Shown here: positions 56,886-64,000 of the stretch, piece after piece
How positions within the stretch are numbered: position 1 is the first letter of the stretch
How the letters are laid out: every line of letters begins with the position of its first letter
The notes under the pieces: generated by a model
The model's input: only the letters and a program-made list of their open reading frames with translations
What the model was told of the DNA's origin: nothing
Databases searched by the model: none
NCBI GenBank assembly: GCA_963668035.1
Contig: OY764073.1
Coordinates: 66,930-130,929 of the forward strand
Direction: 5' to 3'
From: Candidatus Poribacteria bacterium
GTDB taxonomy: Bacteria > Poribacteria > WGA-4E > WGA-3G
DNA: 64,000 nt
Translations under genes and position numbers: made by a program

Positions 56886-57818
56886 ATGATGGATACAACA
56901 AACCAGTCCCTCAACGTAAATATCGGCGGGATACAGATGCGGAACCCCGTGATGACCGCATCTGGCACGTTTGGCTACGGCAGTGAATACGCCAATTTCG
57001 TGGATCTGAACCGACTCGGCGCAGTGGTCGTTAAAGGCGTTACAAGCACTCCGTGGCCCGGCAATCCGATGCAACGTATCATGGAAACGCCTTCCGGGAT
57101 GCTCAACGCAATCGGGTTACAAAATGTCGGAGTGGACGGTTTTATTTCCGAGAAACTGCCGTATCTACGCGATTTTGAGGTGCCGGTAATTGTCAACGTC
57201 TGTGGCAAAACGGTTGAAGAATACCTAAGGGTCATTGACAAGCTAAGCACGGTGGATGGCATTGCGGGTGTAGAACTCAATATTTCCTGTCCGAACTTGG
57301 ATTGCGGCGGTATGAGCTTCGGTGTCGACGCAACATTGGCACATCAGCTCGTTAAAGAGGTCCGCGCAATAACATATCTACCCCTATTGGTGAAATTATC
57401 CCCTAATGTAACGGACATTACTATTATTGCGCGGGCCGTTGCGGATGCCGGGGCGGACGCGCTCTCTGCCATCAATACACTTATAGGTATGGCGATTAAC
57501 GCCGAAACGCGAAGACCGGAACTCGCAAACGTCACAGGCGGGCTTTCGGGACCCGCGATAAAGCCGGTAGCATTACGTCTGGTTTGGGAGGTCTATAAAA
57601 GTGTCTCTATTCCAATTGTCGGGATGGGCGGTATTATGACGGCGACAGATGCTATAGAATTTTTCATCGCCGGTGCGTCTGCTGTCGCGGTCGGAACAGC
57701 AAATTTCGTCAATCCGCAGGCATCGATAGAGGTAGTCAAAGGCATTCGCGCCTATCTCCAAGAGGCTAATATGAGATCCATTAAAGAACTCATCGGGAGT
57801 CTGAGAGTCGATTCGTGA
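56886..57818 (+). CDS. pyrD: Dihydroorotate dehydrogenase catalytic subunit (class 1B type)
   Basis: NPVMTASGTFGYG. CPN...G active-site region. The track start is TTG. The first ATG is at 56886. Confidence 0.88.
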   Translation: MMDTTNQSLNVNIGGIQMRNPVMTASGTFGYGSEYANFVDLNRLGAVVVKGVTSTPWPGNPMQRIMETPSGMLNAIGLQNVGVDGFISEKLPYLRDFEVPVIVNVCGKTVEEYLRVIDKLSTVDGIAGVELNISCPNLDCGGMSFGVDATLAHQLVKEVRAITYLPLLVKLSPNVTDITIIARAVADAGADALSAINTLIGMAINAETRRPELANVTGGLSGPAIKPVALRLVWEVYKSVSIPIVGMGGIMTATDAIEFFIAGASAVAVGTANFVNPQASIEVVKGIRAYLQEANMRSIKELIGSLRVDS

Positions 57819-57838
57819 TTATGACTGAGAGGAGAACA

Positions 57839-58918
57839 ATGCGGCATCTGGTAACACTTGACGATTTATCTAATTTTGAAATTGAGCAGATTTTTCGACT
57901 CGCAGCGGGGATGCAGTCGCAACAAGAGACGTGGGCGGGGATCTGCCGCGGTAAATTGCTCGCAACGCTTTTCTATGAACCGAGCACACGCACCCGGCTC
58001 TCTTTTGAGAGTGCTATGGAACGACTCAACGGCGGAACGCTCGGTTTCTCTGATCCGCGTGCGACTTCCACTGCTAAAGGCGAAACCCTCGCCGATACCG
58101 CACGGATGGTAACGAATTATGCCGATCTCATCGTCGTGCGACACAACTGGGCCGGCGCGGCACGGGTTATCGCACACCACGCACATGTTCCTGTTATCAA
58201 CGGCGGTGATGGCAGCCACACCCACCCGACGCAGGCACTCGCGGATCTCTATACGATTATACAGCGGAAATCGGAGATAAATGGATTAACGGTCGGTATC
58301 TGCGGAGACCTTCAGTTTGGACGCGCAGCGCACTCTTTCGCACTTGCCGTCGCACGATTCGGCGGGAAACTGATTCATATCGCCCCGAAACCACTACAGA
58401 TGCCACCTTGGGTGCTCGCGCAGCTCGAACAGTGTCACGGACAAAAACCGCTTGAAGTGGAAAGCGTTACAGAGGTAATCGATAAACTGGATGTCATCTA
58501 TGTCAATCGACTTCAAGAGGAACGGCTCCCACTGAATATGGATGCCGCCGCTGTTCGTGACAGTTATCTGTTGAATGCAGCAGTCATGCAGCATGCCAAA
58601 CCCGATGCGATGATTATGCACCCGCTCCCGCGCGTCAACGAACTCGCTTATGAGTTAGATGACGACCCGCGCGCCGCCTATTTCGAGCAGTCGGCGAACG
58701 CTGTGCCGGTTCGGATGGCACTGATTGCGAGTCTTATGGGATTGGAACAGCTCATCTTAACGCAACCGCCGGAACGAGACATCGCTGCGACTGATAAACC
58801 TTGTGAAAACCGAAACTGTGTCACCAACCATGAGACGTATCTAACGCCTGAGCGTGAAACCTTTGGTCGTAGGACTGCGTTACATGCCTGCGCCTACTGT
58901 GGGAATCTTGTGCTTTAA
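57839..58918 (+). CDS. pyrB: Aspartate carbamoyltransferase catalytic chain fused to a C-terminal PyrI-like Cys4 zinc domain
   Basis: STRTR and HPLPR motifs. C-terminal C-x4-C...C-x2-C (CENRNC...CAYCG). The ATG at 57839 follows GAGGAG. The track start is GTG and overlaps the pyrD stop. Confidence 0.88.
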   Translation: MRHLVTLDDLSNFEIEQIFRLAAGMQSQQETWAGICRGKLLATLFYEPSTRTRLSFESAMERLNGGTLGFSDPRATSTAKGETLADTARMVTNYADLIVVRHNWAGAARVIAHHAHVPVINGGDGSHTHPTQALADLYTIIQRKSEINGLTVGICGDLQFGRAAHSFALAVARFGGKLIHIAPKPLQMPPWVLAQLEQCHGQKPLEVESVTEVIDKLDVIYVNRLQEERLPLNMDAAAVRDSYLLNAAVMQHAKPDAMIMHPLPRVNELAYELDDDPRAAYFEQSANAVPVRMALIASLMGLEQLILTQPPERDIAATDKPCENRNCVTNHETYLTPERETFGRRTALHACAYCGNLVL

Positions 58919-58936
58919 GGGCGAAGATCAAGAGAT

Positions 58937-60292
58937 TCACTTGCTTTCTGCGCCTTCGCTGGTTTGTAGCACCTCTTTTTCAAGGATCGCCATCTTTGTC
59001 GTCCGCCAAAACAGATCCCCTGGACCCACAGCGTGCCATTGTCCATTTACGAACGTCATCACAGCACCATCTCTCCTTTCCGGTGAAAGTGTACTGCGCG
59101 GAAAACTGTGCTTGTCTCCCCAATTTGAATAAGTGAGCGGTTCGCCGTTCTGCCACACCCATTCCCCCTCTTTCTCCGCATCGCTGAGCCCGATCCAATA
59201 GAGATGATTCCCAAAGAGTCCTGATAGCCACTTCTGTTCCGCTTCGTCATTAATAGCGACGAGATGCGCGCCTTCGGCAGCGGCTCGGTTTTTCGCGTCA
59301 TCCAGACTTCTACACCGTATCTTTCTATAGGCGTGCCCATTTGCTGGATTTACTGCCCAGGCATCTTTCTCCCACGGCGGACGTATCTGCCGGACGGGTT
59401 CAGGACTTGTTACACGCGTCGTTGTTACGCCCGGTTTTACTTCCACCTGTTTAACTTCAACACGATTTGGTGCAGCAGGGTTTGTTTGATCGGACGGTTT
59501 TGATCCACCTGTCAATTTACGTAGGAGATCGGGCAGTGACTCCTTAGGACGTTTTGATTGCGTTGGTGCAGGGGCGGACGGTGCCTCGCCATCGAGTGTC
59601 AGTACCAAATTGTCATGGCGCCCACCCGGTTCAATTTCAAACTGTTCCGACTCCGCCGCCAAACCCTTATATTTCACCGAGACCTTGCAAGTTACGGGTT
59701 CCTCGTTGTCATCGAGGTAATGCACAAAATAGCCGTCGGTGTCCGTAGTTGCGCTCCCGCTGTGTGTGCCGTTGCTCTGAATTACCTTAGAAATAGAAGC
59801 GTTCCTTAAGGGGTCCCTGTCTTTGAAAACGACTCTTGTCCGAATTCGCATCCGCGGACGCACAGTAACCGCTATATTTTTGAAGTGACTTCCCGGTTTG
59901 GTGGCAAATCTTAGGTTTCTGAAAGGCGGAGGCTCGCCTTGATAAAGTGTTATCCCTCCGATTTTAATGGAGACAATTTCATTGTCCGGTTCAAGGTTGA
60001 ATGTAGGCTTGCCATCTTTCCCGAACTGCTGCGGCGGAATCATAATTTGCGCCGGTCCGGCAGGGACATCAGTGAACGTGAAAGCTCCATTTTCATCGGT
60101 CTTTGCTATTTGAAAAGCTGGTGCCAGGCTAATGTTAAATCCTGTAATCGGTTTTCCCGTCGTATCAATAACGACACCGGAGAGTGTCCCTTTTTCGGTT
60201 TCTGCGATGCAAGGGTTCAAAGCGATGAGGGAAAGTGATACTGCAATTCCGATGCGGCATAGAACGCCCATAAAATTCAAACGATTCATCAT
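58937..60292 (-). CDS. Secreted carboxypeptidase-regulatory-like (CarbopepD_reg) + C-type lectin domain protein, paralogue 1
   Basis: Signal peptide. LSGVVIDTTGKPITG. C-terminal CTLD (WAVNPANGHAY...C...YWIGLSD...EGEWVWQNGEP). Confidence 0.8.
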   Translation of the reverse strand: MMNRLNFMGVLCRIGIAVSLSLIALNPCIAETEKGTLSGVVIDTTGKPITGFNISLAPAFQIAKTDENGAFTFTDVPAGPAQIMIPPQQFGKDGKPTFNLEPDNEIVSIKIGGITLYQGEPPPFRNLRFATKPGSHFKNIAVTVRPRMRIRTRVVFKDRDPLRNASISKVIQSNGTHSGSATTDTDGYFVHYLDDNEEPVTCKVSVKYKGLAAESEQFEIEPGGRHDNLVLTLDGEAPSAPAPTQSKRPKESLPDLLRKLTGGSKPSDQTNPAAPNRVEVKQVEVKPGVTTTRVTSPEPVRQIRPPWEKDAWAVNPANGHAYRKIRCRSLDDAKNRAAAEGAHLVAINDEAEQKWLSGLFGNHLYWIGLSDAEKEGEWVWQNGEPLTYSNWGDKHSFPRSTLSPERRDGAVMTFVNGQWHAVGPGDLFWRTTKMAILEKEVLQTSEGAESK

Positions 60293-60307
60293 AAATTCTC
60301 CTTGTTG

Positions 60308-61522
60308 CTAATTGTCCTTAGAGCGGGTCTCAACGGCTAAGGATGCTTTTTCAAGAATCGCCACTTTGATAAAATCCGCTCCGCCACCAGGGCCAGATGC
60401 AACCGCCGTCCATCTGCCAAGAAATCCGGTGATGACATAGTCTTTCATCTCAGTGTTACCACCCTCTTTTTCATGTTCTTGCCAATTGGTGTAGGTAACA
60501 GGTTCGCCGCTGTGCCATTGCCACTGTCCCTCCTCGGTGACATCGGTCAGCCCGATCCAAAAACTATCTCGGTCAAAGATACCTTGTAGCCATGCGTTTT
60601 CCGCCTTATCGTTAATGGAAACGAGGTAAGCCCCTTCTCCAGCAGCTTGGTTCATCGCATCTTCTACACTTTGACAATAAATCTTTTTGTAAGCGTGTCC
60701 GTTTGCGGGGTTCACTACCCACACTGTTGGTGGATTAAGAAATGCCTCGAACAGAGGCGGCTCTAGCGGACGTTTAGCCGGGGGAACTGGATTGCCGTTG
60801 AGGGTCAAAAGAAGGTGGACTTGCGGTTGCCCCTCATGCAAAATAAAAGGCGGTGCTTTCGCGAGGAGTCCTTGATGTTCAACACCGATCACGTAGAAGT
60901 GAGGATCGTCATCTTTAAGGTCTTGCACGAAATATCCATCCGCATTGGTTTGTGCTGTGCTACCTGAATACCCGCTTCCACTGCCGTCCAGATCCCTGTG
61001 TAGTATGTGCGTACGAATTTGAGCGTTGGTAACCGGTGTTTTGTCAGCAAAAACGACGCGCGCACGGACCTGCGGCCGGATATTTGTCTTCACCGTAATA
61101 ACAGCGTCTTCGATGTTCATCCCTGCCGCCAGGGAAAACGGCATTTCCCGAAAATGTGGATGAATATTCGGATAAAGCGTGAGTTCACCGATTTGGATAG
61201 ACAGAATTTGTGTTTCTGTCTGTTCGTCTTCTACGGCAAATCTAACGGATTCCGCCGGTGTAATATGTGAGATAGAGAAGCGTCCTTCCAAACCGGTCTG
61301 CCTTTGCCATATTTCTACCCATCCGCCTATTCGTTTGTTACCCATAATTTTATACGGTTGGATCGCTATTGAAATACCGACAACCGGATCCCCGACTTCA
61401 TTAACAACACGTCCGGAAACCGTCACCCCTTCTTCCGCAAAGGTAGATGCGGATACCAAAACGGATAGCACTGCAATCCCGATAAAAAATCCGAGATTTT
61501 GCCTGAAACTTTGAACCTTCAT
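60308..61522 (-). CDS. CarbopepD_reg + C-type lectin protein, paralogue 2
   Basis: Same architecture. The start was moved to the ATG at 61522 (GAAGGAG RBS, immediately followed by a signal peptide). Confidence 0.8.
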   Translation of the reverse strand: MKVQSFRQNLGFFIGIAVLSVLVSASTFAEEGVTVSGRVVNEVGDPVVGISIAIQPYKIMGNKRIGGWVEIWQRQTGLEGRFSISHITPAESVRFAVEDEQTETQILSIQIGELTLYPNIHPHFREMPFSLAAGMNIEDAVITVKTNIRPQVRARVVFADKTPVTNAQIRTHILHRDLDGSGSGYSGSTAQTNADGYFVQDLKDDDPHFYVIGVEHQGLLAKAPPFILHEGQPQVHLLLTLNGNPVPPAKRPLEPPLFEAFLNPPTVWVVNPANGHAYKKIYCQSVEDAMNQAAGEGAYLVSINDKAENAWLQGIFDRDSFWIGLTDVTEEGQWQWHSGEPVTYTNWQEHEKEGGNTEMKDYVITGFLGRWTAVASGPGGGADFIKVAILEKASLAVETRSKDN

Positions 61523-61637
61523 ACTAGATTCTCCTTCTATAGACATACTACCCCTACCGGGTAAAGAACTGTTCTTATAGCATATAGAGACATCTACTCT
61601 TAAAAAGGAGAGTAAAAAAACAGACGGTGTCAACTAT

Positions 61638-63029
61638 TTATGGTTTCTCTTCGGCAATCGGATTTTCAAGCACATCTGGCTTTTCAAGGATCGCCATCGC
61701 TGTCATCCGTAGAAGCAGACTGTTGGGACTAACGGCGTACCATTTTCCATCGGTGAACGTCATGATAGCGTGAGGCCTTTCACTGGCATCGAAGGATTCG
61801 GAGAAGAAATCATCGGGTAGCCAATTTTCATAACCGATAGGTTCTCCGCTATCCCACTGCCACGCTTCTTCAACCCGACTGAGGCCGATCCAATGGCATT
61901 CTTCTCCGAAGACTGCGGTTAACCATGCCTGTTCTTTGGCGTCGTTAATTGTAACGAGATGTGCTTTTTCTTCAGTGGCTTGGGCAACCGCCGCTTCGCG
62001 AGACTCACACGGGACCCTTTTATAGGCGTGTCCATTTGCAGGGTTCACTATCCACACCTCGCTCGACTCTGGTTTCGGTGGTGGGTCTGGGTCTGATGGC
62101 TGTTCAGTTTCGGCAGTTTCTGTCTTTTGCTGTGGCGGTTCAGGTGGAATCGGTTCGCCCTCGAACGTGAACGTCAGTCCATCAATCCGCTGCCCTGATT
62201 CAAGACGCACAGGTTCAGCCGCTGCAGAGAGCCCTTGGTATTCTACGGAAAATGTGTAATCTGCAGTATCGTCTTCCCTTTGCAGATAACAGATAAAGTA
62301 GCCCTCCGCGTCTGTCCGTGGGTTTCCGCCGGACTGTCGGTGTCCGCTTCCATCTACCCTCTGAGCACGATAGTGAAGCCGCACCTGAGTGTTGGGAAGC
62401 GGTGTGCCATTCGCAAAAACGATCCGCGCGCGAAGCCGCATACGGGGTTGTACTGTAATTTGTACGTTTTTAATGTCTGTTCCCGGTTCAATGCCGAACG
62501 CGAGCGGCTCTGAATCATACTTGGGATAGAAGGTTGTCCCTTGAATGCGGAGGGATAGAATTTCGACATCGGGTTCAAAATCCCCGTATCTCATCCCGAA
62601 ACCCTTAGCAAGGAACGCCTCTATATCGGCTTCTGTTATTTTTCGCCAATCCCTGGACACCCACGCCTCTATAGTTTCTTTGAAGTCGCTGGGCAAACGT
62701 TTGTCTATGTTGTAAGGGAGTGCCCCGAAATAAACAGACCCTTGCGGGACATCCGTTATGGAAAACTGTCCTGCTGCATCTGTATCTGCACGACGCATCT
62801 GAAAGTACTCGTCCGGCAGAAAGAGGGTGTCTACCCACTCACCCTCAATTGTCAGCGGCGCGATAAATACGGGTAACTCTACAACCGGGTTACCCTCTGT
62901 ATCGACAACGCGTCCAGAAAAAGTAATCGGCTCTTCCTGGGCGATACTGTGTGAAGTGAAACCGATGAAAAGGACGACAATTGCTGTCAGGAGTGCCAAA
63001 AGAGGCTTGTTAAATTCTATGTGTTTCAT
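61638..63029 (-). CDS. CarbopepD_reg + C-type lectin protein, paralogue 3
   Basis: Signal peptide. WIVNPANGHAYKRVPC...HWIGLS...WQWDSGEP. GGAGG RBS. Confidence 0.8.
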   Translation of the reverse strand: MKHIEFNKPLLALLTAIVVLFIGFTSHSIAQEEPITFSGRVVDTEGNPVVELPVFIAPLTIEGEWVDTLFLPDEYFQMRRADTDAAGQFSITDVPQGSVYFGALPYNIDKRLPSDFKETIEAWVSRDWRKITEADIEAFLAKGFGMRYGDFEPDVEILSLRIQGTTFYPKYDSEPLAFGIEPGTDIKNVQITVQPRMRLRARIVFANGTPLPNTQVRLHYRAQRVDGSGHRQSGGNPRTDAEGYFICYLQREDDTADYTFSVEYQGLSAAAEPVRLESGQRIDGLTFTFEGEPIPPEPPQQKTETAETEQPSDPDPPPKPESSEVWIVNPANGHAYKRVPCESREAAVAQATEEKAHLVTINDAKEQAWLTAVFGEECHWIGLSRVEEAWQWDSGEPIGYENWLPDDFFSESFDASERPHAIMTFTDGKWYAVSPNSLLLRMTAMAILEKPDVLENPIAEEKP

Positions 63030-64000
63030 TTTTCCTCCACCGGCGGTTTTTCCCGCTCAAGAATTGCTGTTCGCGTAAAATTCCAATGATGGTCTCCCGG
63101 CCCGATGTCCATCCATTGACCCGCGAGCAGAATAACGTAATCCTCATCGCCTTTGTCACTGTCTTCTGGTTCGTTATAGCTCCCCCAATTCGTATAGGTG
63201 ACAGGTTCCCCACTGTGCCAGACCCACTCTCCCTCTTTTTCGAGGTCGTTGAGTCCAATAAAAGTGTGATGAAGTTTGAAAACCCGTCCCAACCAATGTT
63301 GTTCTGCTGCATCGTTAATCGCGACGAGATAAGCATCTTCTGCTGTGGCTTGCGCGATAGCATTTTCCGGGTCGCTACACGAAATCTTTTTGTAGGCGTG
63401 CCCATTTGCGGGGTTGACGATCCAGACCCCGCCCGCGTCAATTTCGTTGCCAGTTGCATCCGGCGCGTTTGCCTGAAGTCCGTGGGCAGCCCCGTCAACT
63501 ATATCAGACATGAGCAGGTTTTTGAACGTAAAGATGACCTTGTGGGTTTGAGCTTCAGGTTTAACCACAACAGGCTTTGCCGCGACGCGCTGCCCTTGGT
63601 ATGCTACAGACATGATGTAAAACTCGGGGGCATCCGCGTAACTCTCTATATATTGCACAAAATCTCCGGCAACGTCTGTCTCTATTCCCCACGATCTGTC
63701 GCCACCATCTCCATCAAAACTCAGTTGTCGAACCCTGAATTTGATCCGCGCATTATCAAGTGGGGTGCCGTCCATACGGTGAACTTTCGCTTGAACTTGC
63801 AGGAAGGGGCGTGCTGTAATCTCAATGTTTTCAAGCGGTTTGTCCGGTGCCGGTGCAAACACAATGCCCCGTCCGACCGCGTGTCCACTTGGATACGCGA
63901 ATATTTTTCCGATTTTAACCTTCAAAATCGCGGCTTCTGGTTTATAGTAGGGGAGCAGCGTTAGCATCACAGAACCTTGGATGAGAGCCTTAATAGTGAA
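63026..64000 (-). CDS. CarbopepD_reg + C-type lectin protein, paralogue 4 (5' end beyond the window)
   Basis: C-terminal CTLD (WIVNPANGHAYKKISC...FIGLND...EGEWVWHSGEP). The reading frame stays open past 63970 to the window edge. Its stop overlaps the start of paralogue 3 (ATGA). Confidence 0.75.
   Translation of the reverse strand, partial: FTIKALIQGSVMLTLLPYYKPEAAILKVKIGKIFAYPSGHAVGRGIVFAPAPDKPLENIEITARPFLQVQAKVHRMDGTPLDNARIKFRVRQLSFDGDGGDRSWGIETDVAGDFVQYIESYADAPEFYIMSVAYQGQRVAAKPVVVKPEAQTHKVIFTFKNLLMSDIVDGAAHGLQANAPDATGNEIDAGGVWIVNPANGHAYKKISCSDPENAIAQATAEDAYLVAINDAAEQHWLGRVFKLHHTFIGLNDLEKEGEWVWHSGEPVTYTNWGSYNEPEDSDKGDEDYVILLAGQWMDIGPGDHHWNFTRTAILEREKPPVEEK

Noticed and set aside
1-64000. 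tRNA, rRNA and CRISPR arrays
   Set aside because: I scanned the intergenic regions for T-arm GTTCRANYC motifs, cloverleaf-sized GC islands and short regularly spaced direct repeats. None was found. The only repeated elements are the irregular ones reported above.

Overview
This 64-kb window has about 55 genes at roughly 50% GC and appears to come from a Planctomycetota/PVC-like bacterium. The phylum clue is a partial PSCyt/DUF1587-DUF1592-type cytochrome-c protein at the 5' edge, together with LamG, CARDB/terpene-cyclase-like, WD40 and tandem C-type-lectin proteins. The housekeeping backbone includes argF-like OTCase, thrC, holA, hisZ-hisG-hisS, the infC-rpmI-rplT-pheS-pheT operon, ubiE/menG, aroC, pyrD and pyrB, a ROK glucokinase and ABC and thioredoxin-type proteins. 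Accessory and candidate-novel loci are interspersed among these. The most interesting signals are listed here in order. (1) A tightly coupled two-gene operon at 47.6-50.5 kb pairs a 560-aa protein of no recognisable family with a mini-SMC/AAA_21-type ABC ATPase, which is a candidate uncharacterised defence-like system. (2) A His-rich leader peptide (MHHHHSVHL, possibly an 18-aa form) plus an intrinsic terminator sit upstream of hisZ-hisG-hisS, a classic transcription-attenuation arrangement. (3) A ~160-bp intergenic element occurs twice in inverted orientation (3.0 kb and 44.7 kb), with a third related hairpin/T-tract at 18.5 kb; both full copies abut distant Ldh_2 paralogues. (4) Two paralogous AAA-ATPase + PD-(D/E)xK proteins lie about 15 kb apart. 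(5) A catalytic-domain-only tyrosine recombinase is followed by two paralogous small membrane coiled-coil proteins. (6) An orphan gamma-class N6-adenine DNA methyltransferase is present. (7) A zeta-toxin-like P-loop kinase, a small protein and a TIM-barrel isomerase form a translationally coupled trio. (8) Four tandem secreted carboxypeptidase-regulatory-like + C-type lectin paralogues sit at the 3' edge. No tRNA, rRNA or CRISPR array was seen. The ORF track counts GTG and TTG as starts, so several starts were re-chosen from RBS placement.
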